A DNA stretch of 64,000 nucleotides. It comes from Hydrolagus colliei. Its lineage: Eukaryota. The stretch is from the NCBI GenBank assembly GCA_035084275.1, contig CM068751.1, positions 7,874,001 to 7,938,000 of the forward strand, given 5' to 3'. Below are positions 1 through 13,221 of this stretch, piece after piece; the stretch's first letter is position 1; every line of letters begins with the position of its first letter. The notes under the pieces are model-generated. The model made no database searches, had not been told where the DNA came from, and saw nothing but the letters and a program-made list of their open reading frames with translations. The translations under genes were made by a program, and so were the position numbers.

Positions 1-120
1 AGGGAGACAACATTTGTCCCAGCAATTTGGTAGCAATTTTCCCTGATTGTTCGCAATGGTCATGGCACTCTGCAGTAAAATCCTTTTTGAGACGTTGCTC
101 CCGCTTTGTGAAATGCCCCC

Positions 121-690
121 TGGCATCCTGTAACTCTGTGGTTAGAGCAATTACCTTATAAGTGAGAGACCTGGGTTCAGTTCCAGGCAGGTCAGGGCGA
201 AACCTTGGGCGAGTTTCCTTACTCCACACGCCTGATAATAATCCTTCAAGAAAACCCCCCCCTCCACCCCTGTGGGCAATTGACTGCTGCGTTTCACTCA
301 CAAATATACAGTCAACAACAACAACTTGGATTTATACAACGCCCTCCACACCAGACGGCGTCTCAGAGCGCTTCACAACAACGGATCCCGGGGCCGAGTC
401 AGGGGAAAAAAGGTGACCAAAAGCGCGGTCGAAATGAAAGGTCTTTAGCCGTGACCTGAAAATAGGAAAAGAGGGGGCGAGGCGAAGAGAGTGAGGAAGG
501 GAGTTCCAGAGCCTCGGGAAGCAGGGGCTGAAGGCATAGCCGCCGATGGTGGAATGGAGGATTCGGGGGACAAGAAGGAGGCCAAAACCCAGTACAGCAA
601 AGTTAATGGTCAATTCATTTTACAGTGTATTCTGTGAAGCGCTTTTGAGATGTCTGGAAGACACATAAAGCACTAGATCAAATGCATTAT
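121..690 (+). mobile_element. tRNA-derived SINE (DeuSINE-like 3' part, L2-like tail), split by an L2
   Basis: A/B-box head at 121-200, body to 312, tail at 607-690. Confidence 0.8.
313..600 (-). mobile_element. L2 3' fragment nested in a SINE
   Basis: (CAA)n tail and AFSPCFPRLWNSLP..FRSRLKT. SINE sequence stops at 312 and resumes at about 607. Confidence 0.8.
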
Positions 691-832
691 TATACCAAAT
701 TTCAAGGAATGTGCCACCATCAAGGAATGTTTTATTTTATTTATTTTAATTTGAAATAGATTGATAGCCGTGTTGTCTTAATGATGGCACAGCGTCACGT
801 GAAGAGAAAACAAAGTTTCTTGAAACTCTCTT

Positions 833-1240
833 TCACGCTTCATCACATCCAGGCTTGACTATGCCAACACTCTGCTCATCAGCCTCTCCAATTCCCCTGT
901 GTCCTCTCCTGCTCCAAGCTCCGGGACCCAATCACCCAGTTTTCCCCAACTCCACTGGCTTCCCATCACACAGACGATTCAATTCAATAACCTCGTCCTC
1001 ACATTTAAAGCCCTCCATGGCCTTGCCCCACCCTACCTCTCCTAACCGCCTACCAACCTGTCCGCTCCATCCACTCAGCAGGCTCTGGCGTGCTCCATAA
1101 CCCCCGACCCACCCGGCCCACGATCGGCGGGCAAGTCTTTAGCCACTCTGCCCCAATTCCATCCCGCAGTCCCTCCGCCTCACCCCACCTCTCTGGCCTC
1201 CTCGAAGTCCTGCCTCAAAACCCTCGTCTTCGAACTTTGG
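833..1240 (+). mobile_element. Degraded L2 fragment
   Basis: Similar to the other L2 copies (tcacatccaggcttgactatgccaac, ctccatggccttgccccaccctacctct). Confidence 0.75.
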
Positions 1241-2476
1241 TCATGCACAAAGTACAATTTCATAACTGATGAAGCAAGATCACCTGCAGGAGCTTAAAGT
1301 GTATCAAGCAAACTGGATAAATAAAAGCAATAGCTGATGTGATATTATCATCAAATGACTGGCTGGCAAGTAGTCCGACGCATAAATATAGGCAAATTAG
1401 CAACTATACTTCTCGTGTAGCCATTGTTGCAGTTGTAGACAGATTTGTACTGCAATCCAGAAGCAAAATTTCAACAAATCACCTTCCAAATGATCCATTC
1501 ATGTAGGTTTTGGCAACTGAACAATCTGCCAAACATTGACTCAGGAATTATAATAATAATCCTCACCTTTCATTGCACACCAAAACCACTTTTTTTTATT
1601 AGAAGTACAAATGACACTTGAAATTTTCACTTGACCTTGATAAATAAAAATTAAACAAAGATTAGCTACACCTTATGAAAGGACTATTGTTAGGACATAA
1701 AACAAAGAAAATCAAGTCACTTTTCATTCCCAATTTAATCCCAGTATTTAGTTGCTTAAATAGTAAATTATAACACAGTCAAATTTTTAATAATTTAAGC
1801 CATTTTAATTCAGGGAATATTAGTTCATGACAACTGTAGTTTATTGAGTCTGAATGGTTTACTATGAAGCAGTTTTTCACCTCAAAAGGTTACAACATTT
1901 TCATATTTTATCCAACCAAAATTTAAATATCTACTGAATTTCCCGTAGAGCAGTTTGCTTCTGGAAGTGGAAGGAATTTGTTTTAAATTTGAAATTTATT
2001 ACTGGAAATAATGTTTCTATATGTAAAGTTGCAATACAATTTATAGTACTAAGACACTTTTATTTTCTATTATAATATGTAATTCCCATTGTTACTGCTA
2101 ATTTGGGTCAAATGCTATTTAGTTTCAGGACAGCTTTGAATAATTTCAAACCCTTCATAATATGGGCATGTACTTGGATTGTGAATACGATGAAATTCCA
2201 TCTTCTCTTTGATTTGGAATGGTTATTTTCAATGTCAAGCATTCCATTTCAAAACAAATTGAAGTAATGAATGGGCATTTCAGTGACACCCGGGGACTTT
2301 GCCAAATCCCCTCGAATGCCAGGCACAATTCTGAAATTTATATCAACATATTTGTACATCAATTGCTAGAAGGTGCTGCAGTTAATGAACATTTGTGCTC
2401 AAGCCAGAAAATTAAAGTAAATATCGTAAGCTGTGCTGGGTTTTGATCCAAGAATTTGCATGCATTGACAGTGCTC

Positions 2477-2482
2477 TTTATT
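2477..2482 (-). terminator. Candidate polyadenylation signal of serpin copy A
   Basis: AATAAA about 40 nt after the stop codon, conserved at the homologous site in copy B. Confidence 0.5.
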
Positions 2483-2522
2483 GACCAGCTATTTTGACAA
2501 TTGTAACTATTGTTTTCTGCCA

Positions 2523-5500
2523 TCAGTAAACAGCAGGTTTTGAAAATTGTCCAGCGAAAAGGACTGCACCTGTATGACCAAAGAAAGCAAAGCAGCAATT
2601 ATAAATAATGTACACATAAGTTACAACTTTAATATGAATCATAATTATAATTAAGGAGTTTCATACAATCTCAGAAACCCAACAGACCCAATTTTTTGTG
2701 AAACTCCCACCCATCTATCTTTCAAGACCTATTCTAGTGTTTAATAATTGACTATTGATGCATTTCAAATTCACAATCCAGGATAATGAATATTGACATT
2801 ATTGAGAAAATAGTGTTTGTTAAACTATTATACTAGACTACTCAATGCCTTGGGACATCCTCCTAGCATGAAAGTGCTCTAAAAATTTAATTTTTATTGT
2901 TGTTATATAATATCCATGGCAATCACACAAGATAATATATAGCAAACTTATTAAATTCTCATCTATTTGCTTGATTGCAAATCTAAATTAGTCATTCCTT
3001 TTGTGTTACTCTAATGAAAATGTATCTAAATCCCATCATATGATATCACAAATGCTGTATTTAAATACCAAAGCTAGATGCTGTATTGTGCTTTTCACTT
3101 CATAGAAAGACAAGGTCTTGAAAGTTAAAATATAATTTTTTTTAATCTATCAAGTTTGTGCAGCAAGCATTTCATGCCACTAGATGGCCCTGTGTTCTCT
3201 CTGGTGCAATACAAGTACTGTACATGTATAATGATATTTGGTGGATTGGCAGTGAATACAACATTTGGGGAAATAAAAATAAAGTTGGTTTGATGACTAA
3301 TGTCCGACTTGAATAAATGCATCAATTCAGAGTGTAAAATAGATTGCTGTCAGGCAGATGGTCTAAATGACAATCAAATTGTTTTGGGAGGTGTGAAGTA
3401 CAGCCAGATGAGTTCCCATAGGGTATTGAAACTATAATAATACTTGAATTTGATATAGCGCTTTTCAAATCTTCTAGATGTCTCAAAGCGCTTCACAGAA
3501 TGTATGGTAAAGAAAATTGACTGTATATTTGTGGGCGAAACGCAGCAGCCAATTGCACACAGTAGTGTCCCACAAACAGTCATAGATCGAAATGACCAAT
3601 TTTGTTATTGTGGGTTTTTTGGAGCGATTATTATTAGGAGTGGAGTAAGTGTGGAGTAAGGAAACTTCGCACTGACCTGCCTGGATTCAAACCCAGGTCT
3701 CACACTTGTAAGACGAGTGCTCTAACCACTGAGGTATGGGACTCCAAAATATCAATGAATACAACAACAAAATTACATTTGTATAGCGCATGTCATTACA
3801 CAATATAATCATGGTAAAATATTTGAAGATTAGGTGCGTACTTAACCAATTTAAGAACTCTGTAACACCAAAGAATATTAGGATATTTTCTCAATTTGAT
3901 ATTGACCAGAGACTCAATTTCTCAATCACTGTAGAGCAGATACAAATAAGGCCATCATGACTGGAATCTTTATTCCATATCAAGGTCTGAAGTTTCCTCA
4001 GGCTTATCCAATAATTAAAGTTTTTACAACAAAGACACCGAATAGAATAGGGAATATTTTACAAAATGTGATTTACCTGTAGGCTTGTGCTGAATAAAAT
4101 AGAGGAAAGGCCTGTTTAAGGTGAATGGGACATTTGATGAAGCAGACTTCAACATAAAGATGGCTCCTGTAATGAGAGGGATGTTATTACTTGGAAATGA
4201 AAGGAACTTTCGGAAATTAAGAGGAAAACGTTTCATACAGCATTGTCTTACAATCATGGTACTTCAAAAAAAAGTTCTACAAATGTGTTTTAAGAGGTCG
4301 GGGGTGGGAGCGGGGGGTGGGGGAAGAGAGATCACAAATATACAGTCAATACACTTTACAGTATATTCTGCGAAGTGCTTTGAGACGTCTAGAAGATGAG
4401 AAAAGTGCTATATCAAATGCAAGGATGATTATTATTACCACACTAGTGTAATAATAATAATTCTTGCATTTTGTATAGCGCTTTTCACTTCTTCTAGACA
4501 TCTCAAAGCGCTTCACAGAATATTCTGTAAAGTGAATTTACTATATATGTGGGCCAAACACGCCAGGCAATTGCGTACAGCAGTGTCCCACAAACAGTCA
4601 TGGATTGAAATGACCAAATTTATTATTGTTCTTTTTGAGGGTTTATTATTAGGCATGTGGAGTAAGGAAACTTGCCCAAGGTTTCACCCTGCCTGGAACT
4701 GAACCCAGGTCTCTCAATTGTAAGGCGAGTGCTCTAAACACTGAGCTACAGGACTCCCTTTCGCGCCATTCACATTGCAAAGATGTCCCAGGGTGCTGGA
4801 ACTGAGCTATGGTCAGTAAGGGTGGAGGGAAGGCGGATGAGGGTGGGAGGGTGGCTAAAGCCATGGTCAAAGGAGGATGGTTTTTAAACAGGATTTAAAG
4901 TAGGCAAGAGAGGGGGTGAGCTGGAAGGATTGTGGGATAGAGTTCCAGAGTGTAGGTACAGAGATGTTGAAAGGCCATTGACTTACTAGCGGCCAGGCTA
5001 GGAATTGACAAATATTACCAGAGCAGGTTTGCCTTTGATTAAACTCTGGAGCTTTTTCCTTTGAATCACTGAACAGCTGTCAAGACTTGCCTGTTGCTGC
5101 AGAGGCTTCAGTTCCTTGTTCATTCACTTCAATTTTAGCCCTTTGAAACATGTTTGAAACAAAGATTGCAGCAGTCCCTGTAAACAGAACAAAGGCAATG
5201 GAAATGCGTACCTCAAAGAGCTATCAAAAAAAGTTTTCCAAACAAATAGTTGAATAAACATACTGGAAATCCTTGGAAAACTTGCTCTCATTGGATCAAA
5301 CATAGCAGTAAGTCCAAGAGCAGAAAGAGGTTCTACCAAGTCGGTCTGCACATCAGCGGTGAATCTATTACAGAAGAAGGAATAGTCAAACAAACAAGCA
5401 AACACAGCTACCAGTAAATGAACGAGCCGACTCATTTACAAAAACGATGTAAAATAAAAATGCATTCAAAGCTTGGCTCAGTTGTGAATTTTGCGCCTTA

Positions 5501-8500
5501 GTTTAGGGTTCAGGAACATGATTTCACCCGACATGTACAATGTGGGGGATGCTTGACTGTTGCTGGGGCTATCCTTCAGATCAACGTTAACACAATCATC
5601 TCTCAGAGGTTTCAGAGAAACACCAAAAGAATCCACTTTTTGAAGAGCAAGAGTTTCAGGCTGGGGGACAATCAGTTCACAAGTAGCGAATCAGCTGTTG
5701 TCACTGCAGGGATTCAGAACTGGGCTGACAGTGAGAGTGTGGTAGCGACTGAGACTGTGACTATCCACACAGTGTGTAATATGTAATTGGAGCTCCTGTA
5801 GCTCAGTGGTTAGAGCACTCGCTTTACAAGTGCGAGACCTGTGTTCGAATCCAGGCAGATCAGGTCGAAACCTTGGGGGCAACTTTCCTTACTCCACATG
5901 TCTAATAATAATACAATCCAAAATAACCACAATATAAAAAAATTGATCATTTTCAATCCACGACTATTTGTGGGACACTGCTGTGTGCAATTGGCTGCCA
6001 CATTTCACCCACAAATATACAGGCAATTCACTTTACAGTAAATTCTGTGAAGCGTTTTGAGACATTGATAAAATGTGAAAAGCACTATATCAAATGCAAG
6101 GATTATTATTAGTTTTATTATTCTGTGTCTTAAATGCCAATCCCTACACATCCAAGTCCCCCAAAGGTGGACCAATTGATCATTGACCTGCTGACTGTTG
6201 GTGGAATGTTCATGGTAGAAATCAGCTCTCATATTTGGCGACACAATAAGTCTATTTTAAACTGAACTGCGCGAGGAACCCACGTTGTACAATCAGCTCT
6301 AAACCATAGCTACATCAATTCAAGAATCTATGAAAACCTTTACAGCAGAAAGCAAATGGTCCAGACATACTTTGGTATGACAACAGTAAGATGTTTTGGC
6401 TTTAGTATTGCTTGCCAGTTTTGGATGGTTGATACGTTGAAATTAGAAGCTATTTCCCAAAGTTGTCTGTGTCTTCCAGTGTCTACTGGAAGAGCAATAA
6501 ACATGCTGATAGTCCCTTGATATGGCAGTTCAAGGACATAGTATCTCAGATTATTAAGTGGTGATGCAGCAATACCTGTGGAATCAAAGCAAAATTTCAG
6601 ACTCTACATGTTTACTTATATACCCAGTTAAATTATTGACTGTGCTATATTTAGCTTCTAACTTCTGCTCGCCAACCATTCATGCGGTCACATTAAAAAC
6701 CTTCTAAACCAGATTCCAGACTGAAACCAAAACTTTAACACAATGGGAAGAGGGGTAACAGAATCTCCCATCACTCTATTGTGGAGTCCTGCAGCTCAGT
6801 GGTTAGAGCATTCGCCTTACAAGCATGAGACTTTTTGTTCGAATCCAGGCAGGTCAGGGCGAAACCTTGGGCAAGTTACTTACTCCACACTTCTAATAAT
6901 AATCCATCCCCCAAAAACCTATGATAAATTGGTAATTTCAATCCACGACTGTTTGTGGGACACTGCAGTGCGCAATTGGCAGCCGCGTTTCGCCCACAAA
7001 TATGCAGTCAATTCACTTTACAATATATTCTGTGAAGCACTTTGAGACGTCTAGAAGACGTGAAAAGCACGATATCACATGCAAGGATTATTATTATTGG
7101 ACAATCGCACCATCGTTCCCTCAGTCACGTGCGCACTCCAATTAGGGGGTGGCACCTTCTTGTAGATTGTAGAACTAAATAATTCAACTGGTCAAGACTC
7201 ACAGAGAAATGTTATTTGATTGATCTGTAGACCTACCAAATTTGAAATGCGATGCTTGAGCCATCATGGGCACTTGATAAATATTCCCGTCCGCTGCCCT
7301 GAACTCCTCCTTGTGGGTATTTTTCGGATTAAATTGGGAATTCCACAAACCTTGGAAATATACAGCATTGACCACAACAAGCATTGGTGAGTTAATCAGA
7401 TCATCAGAGGAAATCAGATGATCGATCATACCTGGGAAGCAGAAATCAAATCAGAATATTTGAGTAAACTTAAGCGGATGATCAATCATTACATCACATC
7501 TTTAAGTTGAGCATCTTGAATGACTGCTTGTAAATAGTGCAATAGTGGCTACCATTAAAAGCAAACTGAATTTGTGCATCAGATAGAAAACTGACATCTC
7601 ACTTCCCTCCCTCTTCCCCCATCCCTCAATTCTCCCACTCCACTGTCAAAAAATAACCAAACATACTCCCAAGAGTATGATTAATCTAATTCAAACAATT
7701 TCTTATTCCATTGGCTGCTTGAAGATGCACCTAGAGTATTGTGTGCAGTATTGTTTGGTTTCCTTGTTTAAGAAAGGACATACTCGCCTTAATGTAGATT
7801 CATTAGATTGGTTCCTGGGATGAGGATAGGTTGAGTGATCTACCTATATTCTCTAGAATATAGAAGAATTTGAGGTGATCTTAGAGAAACCTATAAGATT
7901 ATTAAGTGGCACGACAGAGTAGACAGTGGGAGACTGTTTCCCCTGGTTGGAGAAACTAGGGGTTATTGTTTTAAGATTAGAGGTCAGCCTTCTTGCACTA
8001 AGTTGAGGAAGAACTTCTTCACTCAGAGGATAGTGAATTTATGGAATTCTCCACCCCAAAATGCGGTAGATTCTCAGTCCTTGAACATATTCAAGATGGA
8101 GATTGATAGATTTCTTACGGACAAAGTGATTAAGCGATATGGGGATAAGGTTTGTAGCTGGAGTTGGATTAGAAGATCAGCCATGATCTTATTGAATGGC
8201 AGGGCAGGCTTGAAGGGCCTCCTGCTCCTAATTCTTATCTTCTTCTGTATGGAATATGTACCTTCAGTTTGTTTAGCAACCCAGTTGTTGATTGATGAAG
8301 CAGCTTGCTCTGTGGAGCCAAAATCTAAACTCTTCACTTCCGCTTGGAATATCTTTTTAATCTTGTTAACAAATGGTCGTTCCAAGTCAAAACTTGCATC
8401 TGGAAAGATACCACTGGAGATAATAACTGTGTCTTTGTTCTTCTCAGTTAGATGCCTGCGTACAGTTTCCAAGCTTTGGCGAGCATCTGTTGAAGAATCA

Positions 8501-9782
8501 TTTAGTATAGAGAAATTATCACATCCTTAAATCCCAGAAAATAACAACAACAAAATTAATTACAAATTACAATTACATTTATAGAGCACCTTTCATGTCG
8601 GGAGGACATCCCCAGGTACTGAACAGTTAGGTCGGGACCCGAGCAGGGGTGGGGAGGGTCGGATTAGGGGCAGGGGGACAGAGACTAGGAAAGGGTCGGA
8701 GAGTTAGGAGGGCAGCAGAAGGCACAGTTGAAGAGAAATGTCTTGAGACCGGCCTTGAAGGAAGAAAGGGAGGAAGCGAGGTGAAGGGATTGTGGGATGG
8801 AGTTCCAGAATGTGGGGGCAGAGAAGCTGAAAGCCCGGCAACCGATGATAGGGCAGTTTGGGCGGGGGACATGGAGCAGGCCGAAGCCTGCTGAATGGAG
8901 GGGACGGGCAGGCTGAGAGGGAGACAGCAGGTCGGAGAGATAGGCGGGGGCAAGGCCATGAATGGCCTTGAAAGTGAGGACAAGGATCTCAAATTCGATC
9001 CTCTGGGGGACGGGGAACCAGTGTAGACGGGCGAGGGTGGCAGTTATGTGGTCGCGGAGCCTCGTGCAGGACAGCACACGAGCTGCAGAGTTCTGAATAA
9101 TCTGCAGCTTGTGATGGGAGGAGCTGGGATGGCCGACGAGTTAAGAGTTCCCGTAGTCAAGCCTTGATGTGATAAACGTGTGACCAAATGTTTCGGCAGC
9201 GTGGGGGGGTGGGGGGGTGAGGCAATGGCGGAGTCTGGCAATGATACGGAGCAGCAGCTTGCTCACCATTCATTTCAACTTTTGGAACTTGTGATTCATA
9301 ATTATGGCGAGTCACAGAGGGTAGGTGGTGCTAATAATAATAGTACTCCTTGCATTTGATGTAACACCTTATCATGTCTTTGAGACGTCTCAAAGCACTT
9401 CACAGAATATACTCTGAAGTGAATTGACTGTGGATTTTGCAGCAGGACATCATCAGCCCCACTAAAACAGAAAAGTATCAATGCATTCCGCAACAACAAT
9501 TAAAACAAGTCAAAACGAACCAAATGTGTTGTACTTCAGAATGTTGGTCAACTGTTTCTTTGTTCTCCTACTTGCTCCTAATTGGAGCATCGCAAGTATG
9601 GCTCCAATCCCATATGGGGAGATGGCAATGTTGTCCAATTCGGTGGAGTTAACAAGATATCTGAATACACTCATTCCCGTTTCCGACCCCAGGTCCGATA
9701 CTCGGTCGGTCATGTAGCAGCGGTCAGACTGCAAAACCAGACCGATCACGATGAGGAAACCAAATCTTCCCATTTTCCACAT
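2523..9782 (-). CDS. SERPINE2: SERPINE2/protease nexin-1-like serpin, copy A (403 aa, inhibitory-type hinge, P1-P1' Lys-Ser)
   Basis: Eight coding exons join in frame: 9521-9782, 8262-8486, 7237-7431, 6371-6575, 5264-5364, 5091-5177, 4077-4166, 2523-2569 (1212 nt, ending TGA). Signal peptide MWKMGRFGFLIVIGLVLQSDRC. Serpin motifs: NIAISPYGI, NAVYFQGLW, QVPMM, ELPYQG, EVNEQGTEASAATGAIFMLKS, LNRPFLYFIQH, GAVLFAG. Exon layout matches clade E serpins, and FAM124B is nearby as for mammalian SERPINE2. It is a divergent paralog, not necessarily the 1:1 ortholog. Confidence 0.9.
3434..3745 (-). mobile_element. tRNA-derived SINE, full length
   Basis: Matches the family consensus seen more than 25 times in this window. 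Confidence 0.88.
4450..4757 (-). mobile_element. tRNA-derived SINE, full length
   Basis: Head GGAGTCCTGTAGCTCAGTG and (ATT)n tail; faces a plus-strand SINE tail at 4330-4437. Confidence 0.88.
5789..6122 (+). mobile_element. tRNA-derived SINE, full length
   Basis: A box TAGCTCAGTGG, B box GTTCGAATCC, body tgtgggacactgctgtgtgcaattggctgcc, (ATT)n tail. Confidence 0.9.
6782..7097 (+). mobile_element. tRNA-derived SINE, full length, specific to serpin copy A
   Basis: Consensus match; copy B has the empty site actctattggat at about 17635. Confidence 0.9.
7728..8247 (+). mobile_element. CR1-clade LINE 3' fragment, specific to serpin copy A
   Basis: RKNFFTQRIVNLWNS..FKMEIDRFL. Copy B has the empty site gaagatg|tatggaatatgtac at about 18283. 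Confidence 0.9.
8542..9251 (-). mobile_element. L2-clade LINE 3' fragment, specific to serpin copy A
   Basis: HITATLARLHWFP and RAFSFSAPTFWNS motifs; absent from the homologous intron of copy B near 18575. Confidence 0.92.
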
Positions 9783-10134
9783 CTTAGACAGGTTCAAACC
9801 CTAAAAGATAAGATCAAACATGAGGCCTGTGAGAACTAGGAAAGTCACAAATAATATCAAGCACAAACAAGCAGGAAACTAACTAAGCTTTTGTTGACTT
9901 GGAATGGTAATCACAATAGACAACAAGACAACAATCCTTGAATTTGAAATAGCGCTTTTCACGTCTTCTAGACGTCTCAAAGCGCTTCACGGAATATACT
10001 GTAAAGTGAATTGACTGCATTTATGTGGGCGAAATGCGGTAGCCAAATGCGCACAGCAGTGTCCCATAAATCGTAACCACGCCTCTGCCAATTCTTTTAC
10101 ACCACAGCCTGTACCATCATTCATTACTGGTTGT

Positions 10135-10295
10135 TAAGAACATAAGAACATAGAACATACATAAGAACATAGAAGATAAGGCCTCTCGAGCCTGCCCCAC
10201 TATTCAACAAGATCATGGCTGATTTATTCTAACTCCACCTACCCGCTTTATCCCCATATCCCTTTATCAAGGGATACAGGGATTTGGTTAAAATT
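10135..10295 (-). mobile_element. CR1-type 3' tail fragment
   Basis: (AAGAACAT)n tail and aagatcatggctgat motif shared with 21257-21400. Confidence 0.7.
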
Positions 10296-11366
10296 CACCA
10301 ATCAATGTACCAAATGACTTTGTCTAGAAAACAAGATCCTTTCCAGGCAGCAAGTGAATGCTTCTCTTCAGAAACTAAATAGAAACGTTCTACCTTAAAA
10401 CCAATCCAGTCCTTTGGATTGTAAACAAACGACCTCGAAACTGGGACCATTCTCTTCCGAGAGCGACTGTCGAAAATATCAATGACTAACCATAGCAACA
10501 GAATAAAACAAACTGGATTTACAAACATTTGCATTTTCAACACAAAAACATGCATTCGAGGCATTTAAACTTTACAGCAGCGAACAATACAGGGATAAAA
10601 TGTTAAAGCTTCCACATAAAGCAATTATAGTATTTATCTGACTCTCACTGAACTAATTCCTTAATCAATAGCTGAACAAAAGTTGTTTCAACTACTAAAA
10701 TATTGCCTCAAAGTTCTATCAGTCCTGCCCAGGATGCTGGAAATGAACAATTCAGTGTAAAGTTACTTAAAATGTACTATTTCAAGTAACTATTTGATGC
10801 GTCATTACTAAGCTATGAACCATAAATCCTGCAGATGTAAACCACATTTTGTTAATGAGAACTTCAGATTTTGGAAACAGCTCATAATCAGAATTCATAA
10901 AATTCAACCACTAACATGGCAAAGAGATTCAACTGGTATTTTGTATGAAAAAATGTACATCATTCGATTGCAACAGATTGAACAGAATAGGCACTTAATA
11001 TTGTTCAGCGAGGTAAATTTCTCCAACGAGAAATTGCTCGATTCTCAAGATGTTTTGCTTTAAAGAGAGAAAGCTTCTTTTCTAATTAATTGCAACCAAC
11101 GCCAATGAATACTGTATGGTTAAACGCCAATGTCGTTAACACCACCATAACTGAAGTTAACAACTTTCATAATTAACCGTATGTTTCGAATTAAGCATTG
11201 GAAGCAACCGCAGTCAGGAAGGAAGCCAACTTTCTAAACTTTTCATACCACTCAAACATTATCTGACAAGAGTTCTCTTCCCTCCCGTCATCCTCCCAAC
11301 AAAAAAAATCAGTTATAAAAATTGCAAAGAAGGCAACAATATCGCTTCCGCACTAAACTAACTCAC

Positions 11367-11645
11367 TTTAACTCGATCTGAACTGTCACAAAATGTCTGT
11401 CGAACTAACACAGGCATTGCCCTGAACTAATCAAAAGTCCACTGGGAGTAAACACTGCAAAGCCACCGTTGGAACAAGAAACTAAACCAACGAAAACTTT
11501 TTTGTCAGATCTCCTGTTTGTTGTTAAGTTATTCAACACTACAAATGTTTCACTTCCACCAAATCCTTTTGAGAGCTTGGTTTTTGTACAAACTCTACCA
11601 TACTCTGTATACTCACCTCTACCTTTACTTGTATATATATACACA
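11367..11645 (-). promoter_or_regulatory. Possible non-coding first exon and TATA-like promoter of serpin copy A
   Basis: Donor-like AAA|gtgagt at 11361-11369 and a TATATATA run at about 11632-11641. The first coding exon has an acceptor at 9801-9802, so an upstream UTR exon is required. This location is only a guess. Confidence 0.3.
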
Positions 11646-13221
11646 CACACTCCAGGCCCTTTGCAAATGTACCTTTCAAGTGTGGCTCCAGTCTCGCTTT
11701 TATACATGGTATTTTTGATTGAGGGAGTGGTGGTGATGGTGGTGGGGGTGGTGGATTGATCTCAATCTCAGAGCTGCCTGTCCCAGTTTGTTCAAACCCA
11801 GCTGCTTTGCACTACTCCAGTCCACATTTTGCTTCATGTATAAAACAGATCCTAACATGGTAGGAAGCAGCTATTTGGCAATCGGCTTGAATGTCAGCAA
11901 GTTGTTTAAAGGGACAATCCAACCACACAGAGTCAGTGCAATATTATTATTATTTATGCTAATAAATAATATTATCTTTGCATTTGTTATTTGGGGTGGG
12001 GGAGGGTGGGGGTGGTGGTGGGGGGAGGTTGCCAATTAGGACGGATCACTTGTCTTGGCAAAGTGATTGGCAGTTTTTTTGATTGGCAGAATCAACTGTT
12101 GTCCCAGCAATTTGGTGGTAACTCTTCTTTTCTAATTAATCCGATATTTTGTTCGCCTACAGGGTGGGCATGGTGACTTTACTCCGCAGTAAAATCCTTT
12201 TGAGACGTTGCTGTATTGACTTTGGTGAAACCCAAAGTCAATACAGAGCAAAATGAATAGACTAATAGAAACTTTATTAAGGGTATGTATTAAGGGAACA
12301 TTAGAAACCACAGGATAGGCAATAATCATCTCAATGGTCCCAAAGTTTGTGACATCCATCCATACATTACTCATGCTCTCAATTGATTTATTTGCCAAAT
12401 GGTGATCTAATTCCTCTAGAATTTCCTGACATAATCTGTCATCTGGATAAATCATTCCACATACAGAATTCTTCCATCTGTATTTAATGAGGTGGACATA
12501 AGTGTGGAGTTACCCAATCTTGTGCGTTACTGAATCACATTGGAAATCCAAGCCACTTACATGATTGATTAGAAAATGATTAAGCATTTGTATACTGATG
12601 TTTCACCATGTCTTCAAAAGAGATTGTTTTCTTTGCATGGAATCTTCCTTTGTTTGTACAATCCAATTGTGGATACTGCATTCTGCTTTATAATAATAAT
12701 AATCCTTGCATTTGATATACTGCTTTTCACATCTTCTAGACGTCTCAAAGCGCTTCACAGAATATACTTAAAGTGAATTGACTATATTGGTGAGCAAAAC
12801 GCGGCAGCCAATTGCGCACAGCAGTGTCCCACAAACAGTCGTGGATTGAAATAAAGTAGGTCCCATTTCCCAAACGATAAGACTTCAGAGGTTCTAACAT
12901 GAAGTAAAAATGTTGGAATATAACTTAAACCAGCAGTTTAAAAAAAACCTTCAGTCTTCAAATAATAATAAGTCAGAATTAAAACATTTGAAGCTTTACA
13001 CTAGGCTTTATGCAATTGGAAAATTATTGGCATGCGCAAAATTGTAATGAAATATACTACCACCCATCCATTTCAGTCAGATAAGAATTGCACAACCATC
13101 CAATACATCAACCTAGCCATATCGCAAAAACAATTACTGAGAAGGAAAAAGACCTATTCGATAAGATCAACACCTTTTGGCTAGTATTTTCAGTCAGCTA
13201 TCAATGCATATGTGCATTCAA

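Noticed and set aside
5789-5865. tRNA-like sequences with A/B boxes (also at 6782, 41166 and others)
   Set aside because: These are SINE heads: the acceptor stem is poor and each is followed by the SINE body and tail. They are not tRNA genes.
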